In this document: positions 27,353 to 37,684 of the stretch, in pieces | Layout of the letters: each line of letters starts with the position of its first letter | Position numbering within the stretch: position 1 is the first letter of the stretch | From: Promethearchaeota archaeon | Lineage (GTDB): Archaea > Asgardarchaeota > Lokiarchaeia > Sigyniarchaeales > SOKP01 | Assembly (NCBI GenBank): GCA_048941015.1 | Contig: JBHLNZ010000008.1 | Location: 16,596 to 80,595 of the forward strand | Direction: 5' to 3' | Length of the DNA: 64,000 nucleotides | Position numbers and translations under genes: made by a program | The notes under the pieces: generated by a model | Databases searched by the model: none | What the model was told of the DNA's origin: nothing | What the model saw: only the letters and a program-made list of their open reading frames with translations

Positions 27353-29617
27353 TTAATTATCTAAAGTTTGAAAGATAGCTTTATTTATCAATTCTAAGAT
27401 AATATTTGCGTCCTTTACTTGAAATCCCTCTTTAAGTGAAAATAATTTCGAAACATAGAAGTGATTTGTATTACTTATTTTCATAATTTCTTTTGCTTTA
27501 CTTATCATTGATTTTTCGGTCTTATTCATCTTAATCTTCACGGATTCATCAATTTTTAATGGATAAATCAGCTTTATAGGTAATCTATTTTCAATTAAAT
27601 CTTTAATACCTTCGAATTTGGAGATTTCTCCATCGAAATTTTGAAATAGATTTCCATATTTCTCATCAATGTCGTATGATAAGGTTTTAATTGAATCCAA
27701 AAAATCTTCAGAAGGATTTTCCTTCATAATTAAGGTCATTCTGAAATTTTTAAACTCAGCCATTAAAATCTTTGATTCTTGGTATTCAAGCCGAATAGTT
27801 TGGGATTGCTTATTAGAGCCAGTAAGGTCAATTCCAAATGACCGAATTGCTTGTAAAAATCCCGAAATAAGAGTAGGGTTGAGTTTCTTACTGGCGAGAA
27901 TTTGATCATAAACATTAATACCTCCTTCTTTTTCAAGAACCATAATGTAATCCAAGTTTAAAATATCCATGTATTTATTGTATATCGCTTTTCTGTATTC
28001 TTCTCTTTGTTTTTTAATTCTTTTAATCAATTTAAATGAGGTAAAACCACCAGCAGCACTTACGGCACCTATTATCGAAATTGATGCGATTAAAATTGGA
28101 ATAATATCGATATTTACGGAAAAAGTTTGAATCTTTAATCCCGCAGCAGAATTATTATTCCAAAAAACAGCTGCAGTATACGCTCCTTCATTCGGATTTG
28201 AAGAAAGCGTATAAGATAAAACAATCTCTTCTGAAGTAATTTCAATAATTTCAATAGATTCATTATATTCTGGATAATCGAACGGATCATATAAAATATA
28301 AGTAAGATTTCCTGGTATAATTGGGGGTAAAACAGAAAATTTTAAATCTTGATCTGGTTCATATGCTACTTTTGGAACCTCTAAAGTGAGTTCCATATTA
28401 TTTGATTGCGCAGAAATGACCCAATCAGAATCAAGAGTAATAGTTTCATTTGGGATAATTATATAATCAGAAGTAAGATTGATTTGAGATGTAATATCTT
28501 GCCCATTTCTGAGTACCAAAAGGTTGAACCAATTTTTAGGATATTCAAATTTGAAGGTGTAATTATTTGAAATTCTTGATATGTCTGGAATTAGTGTCCA
28601 ATTATTATATGAATTTTGTTTAATTAAGAGGTTGCCTGCTGAAATGATTGCATTCTTCAATCCAATTTTATATGAGAGATTAAAGTACAATTCAATAGAA
28701 TTATTATTACTAATAAAAACGTCTAAATAATTCTTATTGGGAGAAAAATCTATTCCAGTCACTGTTAAATTTCCTGTGCCAATTTCAAATCCATCTATGA
28801 TATTGTAAATTTCATTATTTATTTCAGCAGTCATATTGATACTTTCAGGATAATAAGTTCTATTTACCCTTTGAATTAGTTTATGTAGAAAAGGTGAACC
28901 TTCTTTACCTTGTCCCCATATCCAATTCATAAGAACTCTGCTAAATTGAGAAATATGTAGGGTTGGATAGATTGGGCTTAAATTATTATAAAACCAATAA
29001 ATAAGAGTATCATCAGATGCAACAAGACTTGAACCATTCAACACAAAATAGTAATTTCCTGGTTGCAGTAAGACAGGGCTTCCAAAAACCTGATTATACC
29101 ACCCTAAATTTTGAGACATATTTAATTCTATACTAGCGTAAATAGAATCATTTGGTCTGTCAATAAGATCACTATAACCACGTATTTGAACAAGTATCTT
29201 TTCTAAACCCTTTTCTATAGGTGCTGCTCCATATATTTGAACTCCAAAAATTGTTGTTTCTTCAGTCAATTTTATTTGTACTCCAAGACCTCTAATTTCA
29301 CTATTTAACACTCCAAAACCGACAGTTGTATTATCCTCAATCGTCTTAACTTCACGATCTAGTTTAATGTTAGTAAAATTCAGTTCCAAATTTGTCACAT
29401 TCCAAGTATCTAAAGTTAAAGGAATTTCTATAGAGCTATTACTTTCCATAGAATCCATAATGTCCGCATACTCCATCATACTAGCATTAATTGGTTGATT
29501 TAGATAAATATAAGGAGCTTGAGCTTTAGAAATTTGGAATGAATCTACCATATTAAGAGAAAAAATTAAAATAAGTAAGAAGTATAAGAAACACTTTAAA
29601 ACTTTAGATTTTTTCAT
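27353..29617 (-). CDS. Single-pass ectodomain-TM-longin-like protein (paralog 2, tail subtype B)
   Basis: GLGVQIKL, F.YPKNWFNL, TM, LISGFLQAIRSFG. Confidence 0.8.
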   Translation of the reverse strand: MKKSKVLKCFLYFLLILIFSLNMVDSFQISKAQAPYIYLNQPINASMMEYADIMDSMESNSSIEIPLTLDTWNVTNLELNFTNIKLDREVKTIEDNTTVGFGVLNSEIRGLGVQIKLTEETTIFGVQIYGAAPIEKGLEKILVQIRGYSDLIDRPNDSIYASIELNMSQNLGWYNQVFGSPVLLQPGNYYFVLNGSSLVASDDTLIYWFYNNLSPIYPTLHISQFSRVLMNWIWGQGKEGSPFLHKLIQRVNRTYYPESINMTAEINNEIYNIIDGFEIGTGNLTVTGIDFSPNKNYLDVFISNNNSIELYFNLSYKIGLKNAIISAGNLLIKQNSYNNWTLIPDISRISNNYTFKFEYPKNWFNLLVLRNGQDITSQINLTSDYIIIPNETITLDSDWVISAQSNNMELTLEVPKVAYEPDQDLKFSVLPPIIPGNLTYILYDPFDYPEYNESIEIIEITSEEIVLSYTLSSNPNEGAYTAAVFWNNNSAAGLKIQTFSVNIDIIPILIASISIIGAVSAAGGFTSFKLIKRIKKQREEYRKAIYNKYMDILNLDYIMVLEKEGGINVYDQILASKKLNPTLISGFLQAIRSFGIDLTGSNKQSQTIRLEYQESKILMAEFKNFRMTLIMKENPSEDFLDSIKTLSYDIDEKYGNLFQNFDGEISKFEGIKDLIENRLPIKLIYPLKIDESVKIKMNKTEKSMISKAKEIMKISNTNHFYVSKLFSLKEGFQVKDANIILELINKAIFQTLDN

Positions 29618-29827
29618 TAAATCCCCCTTTTATTAAATACATTTTTGTCTATTAGATTAGCTTTTAAAAATCATATCTTAATTTTCTTATTTAAATTTTC
29701 ATTCTAAAATTTCTAAAAATTATAAAATTAAAACATAATGTAATGAATTAATTATGTTCTTGAATTGGATCGAAAATCTTTCTTAAAAAGAATTAGGTAT
29801 AATGATTTCCAATTTAAAGAAATAAGT

Positions 29828-32095
29828 CTAAGCTTTTGTTGTTGGGGTAAAGACTCCTTTATGTAATAAATCCAATATTGTTTTGTAATCTTTTGGAGTA
29901 CACACATTCTCAGGGAGCAAATAAACTGAATAAAAGTAATTAAAATTATTTTCTCTCATAAATTTCATTGCTTGATCAACCATTTCTTTCTCTGCTTGGC
30001 TCAATTTGATATGTTTCGATAAATCAATTTTTAGAGGGGATAAGAATGAGGTTGTAAGGTGCTTTTCAATAAGATCATCAATACCTCTAAATTGCTTTAT
30101 ATTTCCTGAAAAAGTATCAATTAAATTACCATATGTTTTAAAGATATCATAGGCTAAATCTTCTATCAAATATAAGAAATTACGAGAAGGTTGTTCTTTT
30201 AATATAGTAATAAGCCTTAGATTTACGAACTCAGTCATTAGCATTAATGAATCTTTATATTCTAATTTCACAGTACGTGAATCTTTCGCTGCTTCTGAAA
30301 CCTCTGTTCCAAAAGATCTAATAGCTTGAAGAAATCCTGAAATTAAGGAGGTATCTAATTTTTTTGCCGCAAAAGTTCTGGAAAATATGTCAATACCCGA
30401 TTTATTTTCAATAACAATAATATATTGTAAATTAAGGATATCATTACATTTGTTTAAGATGCTTTCTAGCTTTCCTCTTCTTACTGTGCTTAATTTCTTT
30501 ACAGCAATATAAGTAGACCCACCTATTGCTGCACCAATTATAGAAATTAACAAAATAATCAACCCCAATGGATTATTATTATTGGGTATAGAAATTGTAA
30601 TATTAAACTGTTGATATTGAACTCCTGCATCTGTTCCATTAAAGAAGAACAAATAAGCAAAATAAGTACCTTCAACTGCATTGGAAGGGATTTCATAAGA
30701 GAAAATGAAATCACTTGTGGGATTCAATATTGAAAATCTATGTTCTTCAAATCCCGAGGGATCACTTAAGAGAAATGTATAATTTCCCGCTATAGGATTT
30801 AAAATGGAAAATCTCAATTCCTGTCCAAGGTTATATTCTGTTTTAGGAGCATTTATTTCTAAAGGAATATAAGGAGAATAGGCTTGAATCTCCCATTCTG
30901 CACCATTTGATATCATGTCATCTGGTATAAAAATATAGTTTTCAATGTTGTTAATTTCTACTCCTGAAGAAATATTTACTTGATCTTTATAAACAGTTAA
31001 ATTCTCCCAGCTGCTTGGATAATCAAATCTAACTGAGTAATTATTTGAAGCCCTAGTAATACTAGGGGTTATGCTCCATTTATTTGATGAACTCAAATTT
31101 ATTGTGAGAAGAGATTGGCTAAAAAATTGATGATCAATATAAATTTTGCTACTTACATCAAACTTTAGATAACTAGAACGATTATTATAGACAGAAATAG
31201 TATAAGGTGTGATTGAAGGAAAAAAAGTCAAACCAGATTGTTTAATAGTACCTTCTCCAGCGGAAGATCCATTAGAAACCGTGTGAAAAACATTATTTAT
31301 CTTAATAGTCATATTATTATTTTCCGGATAAAAAGATACATTTAATTTGCGATAAAGCTTGTATAAAAAGGGAGCTCCATAATCTCCAGCGTTCCATTGA
31401 TTAGTGTAATTTAAGGTATACAAACTATTATCCAAAGGATCAATTGCGTTATATGCCCAGTAGAATCCAACATCATATCCCGGATTATATATAGGAAGAG
31501 AAGATCCGTTTAATACAAGAAAATAATTACCAACATTTAATGGTTGGGTAGTGAAATTCTGAAAGTACCATCCAGGAGTAGTAGAAATATTTAAATTAGT
31601 TGAACCATAAACCGTATTATTTGGAATGTTATTAAAACTGTCATATCCTCTTAATTGTATCTGCGGAGTGCCTATATGAGAGCCATTATATCCATAGATA
31701 TAGATACCATGGATAATTGAAGGTTCTGTTAAGTTTATTTGCACTGCTAAACCTAAAACCTTTTGAGGTCCATTTTTATAAAATACTCGTTTATAGGTAC
31801 CATGAAAGGTATCTTCCATAGTAACATTATCAATACCAAATTCGATATTAGTAAAGTTTAAATCAATAGCATTAAGCTGCCAAGAGCTAGAAGGTAAATT
31901 TATATTAACCTCGGTGGTATTTTGTAGTTCATTATCTATTGTTGCGTTTTCATTGAGTTCAAAATAAGTATTAATGTTTAATGAACCTTCAACTCCATTA
32001 GCTTCGACTATTTGCGAATTGGACAAAATTCCAAATAGAATAAATCCAATGATTGAAATTATTAAAATAAACCTTAAGAAATCAGCCTTCCTCAT
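29828..32095 (-). CDS. Single-pass ectodomain-TM-longin-like protein (paralog 3, tail subtype A)
   Basis: GLAVQINL, FDYPSSW, TM, LISGFLQAIRSFG. Confidence 0.8.
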   Translation of the reverse strand: MRKADFLRFILIISIIGFILFGILSNSQIVEANGVEGSLNINTYFELNENATIDNELQNTTEVNINLPSSSWQLNAIDLNFTNIEFGIDNVTMEDTFHGTYKRVFYKNGPQKVLGLAVQINLTEPSIIHGIYIYGYNGSHIGTPQIQLRGYDSFNNIPNNTVYGSTNLNISTTPGWYFQNFTTQPLNVGNYFLVLNGSSLPIYNPGYDVGFYWAYNAIDPLDNSLYTLNYTNQWNAGDYGAPFLYKLYRKLNVSFYPENNNMTIKINNVFHTVSNGSSAGEGTIKQSGLTFFPSITPYTISVYNNRSSYLKFDVSSKIYIDHQFFSQSLLTINLSSSNKWSITPSITRASNNYSVRFDYPSSWENLTVYKDQVNISSGVEINNIENYIFIPDDMISNGAEWEIQAYSPYIPLEINAPKTEYNLGQELRFSILNPIAGNYTFLLSDPSGFEEHRFSILNPTSDFIFSYEIPSNAVEGTYFAYLFFFNGTDAGVQYQQFNITISIPNNNNPLGLIILLISIIGAAIGGSTYIAVKKLSTVRRGKLESILNKCNDILNLQYIIVIENKSGIDIFSRTFAAKKLDTSLISGFLQAIRSFGTEVSEAAKDSRTVKLEYKDSLMLMTEFVNLRLITILKEQPSRNFLYLIEDLAYDIFKTYGNLIDTFSGNIKQFRGIDDLIEKHLTTSFLSPLKIDLSKHIKLSQAEKEMVDQAMKFMRENNFNYFYSVYLLPENVCTPKDYKTILDLLHKGVFTPTTKA

Positions 32096-32274
32096 ATCAT
32101 TCTGTAAATTATATATTCTTGAAGTTTAAAAAGATTTTGATTATTAGCTATTAATGTCAAAAATATTCAAAATTGTATATAGATATTAAATAAAAATTTT
32201 ATCTTTTAGTTATTAGTTCTAATATTTTTACTTTATTTATAACTTTTTAAAACCAAAATTATTATAAGAAAGGA

Positions 32275-33198
32275 TTAAGTTAGAAGATAAAATATGAAAG
32301 AGATTAGTCCTAAAGTTAACATTACTAAACCCATTGATCGTCCCATGATTTTAGCAGATAATTTCTGAATAAATATTGAGGATGTTATTCCGGTGATTAT
32401 AGACCCTATTGCTAAATAGAAAGTTAATTCCAAATCATAATAAAACTGACCTTTAATAATAATTCCCAGAACTTGATAGATGATAAAAGTACTAGCACTA
32501 ACTAATATACTCAATAATAAGGCAGTCCCAACTCCTTTCTTTAGTGGGTATCCATAAAGGATTATTAATGCTAAAACAATAACTAAACCAGAATTAGCAC
32601 CAAACATACCTGAATTTATACCCATAAATATACCGAAACCAAGTGCTAAGATATAAAAAATTCTAGAATTTGTTGGGATTATTCCTTCAATTTCGTCAGA
32701 TTCAACATCAAGTTGCTCGGCTATCTTTTTTTCCAATTCTGTTAATTTTATTTCATCTCCTTTCTTTTTTAATGCTCGATAAGCTATGTTCTGAACAGTC
32801 TTTTTAACAGATTCTTTAGTTGGAAATCCTATTTTTACAAATAAAGCACCTAAACATGTAATAAATAAGGGAAGAAACCAGCCAAAAATCGATCCTAAAG
32901 GTGTAGTCATTAATACTAAGACTCCGAAAAATGCAACTGTTATTGCTATAACTACTAATAGTAAAATATCCTTTCTAACCTTAAATTGCTTATTTTTAAT
33001 AAACATGATGCTTGTTGTAGAAGCGGTAATTAAATCATTTAATACATTTATTGCTATTGATAAAAAAACATCTCCAGTTATTAAAAAAATAAGTGGAAAA
33101 ACTACTCCTTGTCCTGTTTGACCTATAAAACTTACACTAATGCCAACGAGAGCTCCTATTACGAGTAGAAGGATAATCTGATAAAGTTCTAGACTCAT
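32275..33198 (-). CDS. TauE/SafE (sulfite exporter-like) membrane protein
   Basis: Two repeats: G..VSFIGQTGQGVVFP and G..SGMFGANSG...GYPLKKGVGT. Confidence 0.75.
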   Translation of the reverse strand: MSLELYQIILLLVIGALVGISVSFIGQTGQGVVFPLIFLITGDVFLSIAINVLNDLITASTTSIMFIKNKQFKVRKDILLLVVIAITVAFFGVLVLMTTPLGSIFGWFLPLFITCLGALFVKIGFPTKESVKKTVQNIAYRALKKKGDEIKLTELEKKIAEQLDVESDEIEGIIPTNSRIFYILALGFGIFMGINSGMFGANSGLVIVLALIILYGYPLKKGVGTALLLSILVSASTFIIYQVLGIIIKGQFYYDLELTFYLAIGSIITGITSSIFIQKLSAKIMGRSMGLVMLTLGLISFIFYLLT

Positions 33199-33388
33199 AA
33201 TTTTGATATCCTATATTTGATTTAGATAAAAATTTAATGAAATAATAAATTTCTAATTTTTTAAAAAGGATTTGGAATTATAAATTCAATATTTTTTTTC
33301 TAAAAACTTCTGATATGAAGTTATCTTTATATTTTTTTGGAACAAATTACATCTTAAATTAAAATAATATGAAATAAAAGATTTTTTT

Positions 33389-34678
33389 ATGGAAATTGAA
33401 GTTCCTAAAGATGATGCTGAGTATATGTATAATTTAGTACATAGAATTATTAATGAGATTGGCCCTCGCATGTCATGCAGTCCACAAGAAACTGAAGGAG
33501 CGAACATGATAAAATCTGAATTAGAGAAAGTCTGTGATGAGGTTACTATAGAACCATTTACATGTCATCCAAAAGCTTTCCTTGGGTGGATTAGAATTTT
33601 ATGTGTACTTAGCTATTTATCAATGGTGATCTATCTAATAATTCAGTTTATAAAGAGTTATGCTTGGTTATTATCATTAATTATGTTATCTTTTACATTG
33701 ATATTTTTCTCTTTTATAATAATGTGGGAGGAATTTTTCAATTATAGAGAGTTTATCGATTTCCTATTTCGCAAAAAACCATCTCAAAATGTTATAGGAA
33801 AATTTAAACCAAAGGGAGATTTAAAGAAGATTGTTATTTTTTCAAGCCATATTGACTCTGCTTTACAATTTAACTTATTAAAATTATTAGGTTGGGGAGC
33901 CATTCCATTATTATTAGCTGCTATCTTTATAATTATTGTTTGGCTTGTTATTACATTTATTAATTTATTACTTATTGCTATTGGATTAGTTGTATTTAAA
34001 AATTTCTTCTTTGTTTTAAGTATCGTTTTCTTAATCATCAGCTTACCATGCTTTTTTATAGTCTTCTTTTTTGTACCTTTAGGAGATAAAGGAAACGTGG
34101 TTCCAGGAGCAGTAGATAATCTAAGCAGTTGTTCTGTAATAGTAGGTCTCGGTAGATATTTAAAAAATCACTCAGAAATTATTCCAAATAATATGGAAAT
34201 TAGATTAATTAGTTTTGGTTGCGAAGAATGTGGATTACGAGGGGCATATAGATATGCTGCAGCTCATTTAGACGAATTAAAAAATTATGATGCAAATGTG
34301 GTTAATATGGATGGATTAGAAACTCCAGATAAATTCATGGTAATTGAACATGAACCAACTACTCGAACTAGTCATTCTGAGGAAGTTATTCAAAAATTAT
34401 TAAAAGCAATTAAAAGTGTAGGAATTGATGCTAAACGTTTTGGGAGAGGAAAATTAGAAAAGACAGTGGGAAGATTGAGTGGCGGCTCTGACGCTGCAGC
34501 TTTTTCAAAAGCAGAGATTAAAGCAGGTTTCTTAAATTCTGCAGATTGGAAGAATAGAACAAGTTATTACCACCAAGCAGAAGATACTCCTGATAAAATA
34601 AAAAGAGGAACATTAGAAAATGCACTTCGAATCTGTGTTGCCTACATATTAAATGAAAAGAAAAATAGTGATTTTTAG
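33389..34678 (+). CDS. M28 metallopeptidase with inserted TM helices
   Basis: SHIDS, GAVDNLS, GCEECGLRG, NMD, SDA, YHQAEDT. Confidence 0.9.
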   Translation: MEIEVPKDDAEYMYNLVHRIINEIGPRMSCSPQETEGANMIKSELEKVCDEVTIEPFTCHPKAFLGWIRILCVLSYLSMVIYLIIQFIKSYAWLLSLIMLSFTLIFFSFIIMWEEFFNYREFIDFLFRKKPSQNVIGKFKPKGDLKKIVIFSSHIDSALQFNLLKLLGWGAIPLLLAAIFIIIVWLVITFINLLLIAIGLVVFKNFFFVLSIVFLIISLPCFFIVFFFVPLGDKGNVVPGAVDNLSSCSVIVGLGRYLKNHSEIIPNNMEIRLISFGCEECGLRGAYRYAAAHLDELKNYDANVVNMDGLETPDKFMVIEHEPTTRTSHSEEVIQKLLKAIKSVGIDAKRFGRGKLEKTVGRLSGGSDAAAFSKAEIKAGFLNSADWKNRTSYYHQAEDTPDKIKRGTLENALRICVAYILNEKKNSDF

Positions 34679-34687
34679 GGTATTTGT

Positions 34688-35596
34688 ATGTTGAATAATG
34701 AACTAAAATCCTTTATTAAAGATATTTTCGATAATAGTGAACTTAATAAGCTTCCCGAGAAGTTTGGAGGAGAGAGATTTTTTGCTGATCCTATAATTGG
34801 GGTTGCAAGAGGCGATGATCCAATCTTTCAAAAATTTAAAGAAGTAGTTGGTCCTGAACATCTTACTCCATTAGAGATGTGGATTGAAAATGGATTAGAA
34901 AAGACTCCCGTATCAAATCTCTTTACAATATCAATAGTTTTTCCATTTGTTGAGAGAATTCGTAAAGAAGGAAGTGAGAATCAAGTGATAAAAACTCGTA
35001 TTACGTTGCCAGCTGAAATATATTCTATTGCTCGAAACTATGCTAATGATTTTAAAATTTTTGTAATGGAAGAGATAATTAAGTTTTTCAAGGAAAAGGA
35101 TTATCATGCCACAGCTGGTATGCTTAGTAATGCATTTACTATTATTGCTAAAGGTAGATTCTATTCTACTTGGTCAGAAAGGCATGTTGCATTTGCAGCG
35201 GGTTTAGGAACTTTTAGCTTACATGAAGCTCTAATTACTGAAGTTGGATGTAATGTACGTTTGGCATCAGTAATAACCAATGCTCCTCTCGAAATTACAG
35301 TAAGAAAAAGTGATGAACCTTATGCAAATTGCTTATTTTATACCAAAGGAACTTGTAAAGAATGTATAAATAAATGCCCTGCAAATGCAATTACAGAAAA
35401 AGGGCATGATAAAATACAATGTAATAATTATCGTTTAAAAGTCGCAAGAAGAATGATACCCCGCCTTACTCCATTACTCAAACCATATTTAAGAAGAATA
35501 AATTGGGAAGATAAAGATGATACCTTTCCTGTAGGCTGTGGTTTCTGTCAATTTGGGGTTCCATGTATGGATAAAAATCCAATGAAAGACCCTTAA
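34688..35596 (+). CDS. QueG/reductive dehalogenase-like Fe-S protein
   Basis: WSERHVAFAAGLGTF, GCNVRLASVIT, CKECINKCP, GCGFCQFGVPC. Confidence 0.85.
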   Translation: MLNNELKSFIKDIFDNSELNKLPEKFGGERFFADPIIGVARGDDPIFQKFKEVVGPEHLTPLEMWIENGLEKTPVSNLFTISIVFPFVERIRKEGSENQVIKTRITLPAEIYSIARNYANDFKIFVMEEIIKFFKEKDYHATAGMLSNAFTIIAKGRFYSTWSERHVAFAAGLGTFSLHEALITEVGCNVRLASVITNAPLEITVRKSDEPYANCLFYTKGTCKECINKCPANAITEKGHDKIQCNNYRLKVARRMIPRLTPLLKPYLRRINWEDKDDTFPVGCGFCQFGVPCMDKNPMKDP

Positions 35597-35696
35597 GCTA
35601 CTTAATAATAGGATTTTTAGTAATTTTTATATAAAATTACAAACTACAATTGCTATTCAAAAAATTTAAAATAATTAAATGTGAAGTGTTTATTAA

Positions 35697-36074
35697 TTGG
35701 CGAATATAATCTTGATAATTATTGGGGCTCTTCTTACTATGGGATGGGGAGTTAGTCATCTTATCCCAACAAAGAACGTTGTAAAAGATTTTGGTGATAT
35801 AACAGAAGATAATAAAAATATTATTACAATGGAATGGATTATCGAAGGATTCACATTAATATTTATTGGATTACTTGTGATACTTATTACATTCTTAGGA
35901 GGAGTAGAAAATAATGTTTCACAATATGTATTTTTGATCTCTTCAATCATGCTCTTCGCTTTAGCAGTCCTATCTTTATTTACAGGATTCAAGGTGAATT
36001 TTATTCCATTTAAACTATGTCCTGTTATTTTTACCCTTTCTGGTATTTTAATTATACTTGGCACATATCTCTGA
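35697..36074 (+). CDS. Small 4-TM membrane protein
   Basis: WGVSHLIPT, MEWIIEG, FKLCP; four hydrophobic segments. Confidence 0.75.
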   Translation: MANIILIIIGALLTMGWGVSHLIPTKNVVKDFGDITEDNKNIITMEWIIEGFTLIFIGLLVILITFLGGVENNVSQYVFLISSIMLFALAVLSLFTGFKVNFIPFKLCPVIFTLSGILIILGTYL

Positions 36075-36098
36075 ATAAATAATCAATCTTTTTCTTTT

Positions 36099-37610
36099 TT
36101 AAGTTCCAGCTATTCTTTTTGGCCATCTTGTTTGTGCTTTAAGATTCTCGTGCAATAACTTATTTACTAGTTTAAACCGCATTTCTTTAAAACCCTCATC
36201 AAACCATAAATTATTTAGCTCGTGTGGATCGTTTTGTCTATCATAAATATCTCCAAAACCGGGTTTACTTTCATACACAGTTAATTTATATTGTTCAGTT
36301 ATTAAATGTCTCAAACGAGATTTAAGAGTGCCAACCTCTTCATCATTTTCAATTAGGATACAATCTCGTACTTGTATTTGAGGATCCTCTAAAATTGGTG
36401 TTATATCATAACCTTGCATATCTGGAGGATGATAACGTTCTTTAATATTTAATAGATTCAAAATTGTTTTTGGATAATCGATTGAACTAATTAAACTCTC
36501 CGATATTGCAGGTTTGGTTAAGCCAGGTACTTTCCAGATTAGTGGAAGTTGCAAAACTCCGTTAAAAGGGCAAGGTCCTTTAAATAGTAATCCGTGGTCC
36601 CCCATCAAATCACCATGATCACTAGAATAAACAATAATAGTATTATCAGAATATCCTAATTTATCCAGAGTCGCTAAAATTTGACCGATGCTATAATCTA
36701 CATATGCTATTGCAGCATAAGTTAACGCTGTGATTTTTTTTACCTCTTCTTCGGTCGATTCTCGTATAAATGCCTTTTTAAACGGTGGGCTTTTCAAATG
36801 GTACCCTATAAATTCATGATTATATAAATTCTTAATATCATTGAAACTTGGTGGCAATTCTATATCTTCCGGTTTGTATTGATTTTGGTATTGCATAGGT
36901 GGAAATAATGGATAATGGGGATCAGGGAATGAACAATGAAGATAAAAAGGTTTACCTCCATAATTTCCTTTAGCATTCCTCTCCAGAAAAGAAATTGTTC
37001 GTTCTCGGACAAAAGTAGTATTATAAAGATCTTCAGGGATCTCATCACAGAAAAGACTGAAGAGATTATCATAATTTTTCACCCTTTTTCTCATCTTTTC
37101 TGCTATTTCTGGGGATCTCTCTTCTAACCATTCTAAATAATGACCAGAGCAAACAGTACCGTTACCCGATATTAATTCAACTTCATCATACCCATAATAG
37201 GGCATAGGAAAGTTTTTAGAAGAAACTTTTCTATCTGCCCATTCATCAAGACTTTCTACAGATCTATATTTATGTTTGAAAGCACCTAACCAAAATTGAT
37301 GGTGAATTTTTCCTATCGCTGCTGTGTGCCAGCCTCTGCTTTGTAAAGTTTGCGTAATAGTCGGAATATTCTTATTTAAATTTATACCGTTACTTCTTAC
37401 ACCATGTACATTTGGATAAAGTCCTGTAATTAAAGTTGCTCTATTTGGCATACAAATTGGGTTGTTACAGAAATAATTTGTAAACCTAACACTTTCTTGT
37501 GCTAGTCTATCAATATTAGGTGTCTTCAAATTAGGATTACCAGCACATCCCAAATGATCTGCTCGTTGAGCGTCAGTTATTATAAATAAAACGTTTTTAT
37601 TTTCATTCAT
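36099..37610 (-). CDS. Cys-type sulfatase
   Basis: NVLFIITD, CMPNRATLITG (CxPxR), GKIH, DPH, SDHGD. Confidence 0.95.
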   Translation of the reverse strand: MNENKNVLFIITDAQRADHLGCAGNPNLKTPNIDRLAQESVRFTNYFCNNPICMPNRATLITGLYPNVHGVRSNGINLNKNIPTITQTLQSRGWHTAAIGKIHHQFWLGAFKHKYRSVESLDEWADRKVSSKNFPMPYYGYDEVELISGNGTVCSGHYLEWLEERSPEIAEKMRKRVKNYDNLFSLFCDEIPEDLYNTTFVRERTISFLERNAKGNYGGKPFYLHCSFPDPHYPLFPPMQYQNQYKPEDIELPPSFNDIKNLYNHEFIGYHLKSPPFKKAFIRESTEEEVKKITALTYAAIAYVDYSIGQILATLDKLGYSDNTIIVYSSDHGDLMGDHGLLFKGPCPFNGVLQLPLIWKVPGLTKPAISESLISSIDYPKTILNLLNIKERYHPPDMQGYDITPILEDPQIQVRDCILIENDEEVGTLKSRLRHLITEQYKLTVYESKPGFGDIYDRQNDPHELNNLWFDEGFKEMRFKLVNKLLHENLKAQTRWPKRIAGT

Positions 37611-37684
37611 ATTTTTCTGTTTTATACCTGACCTTGTTTAGATGATTATGAAAAAAAGAAAAGCGCAAAATAAAAAATTTTTTT

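Noticed and set aside
34688-35596. True queG or a respiratory reductive dehalogenase
   Set aside because: Only the shared Fe-S core is recognisable; no Tat signal and no queuosine genes nearby
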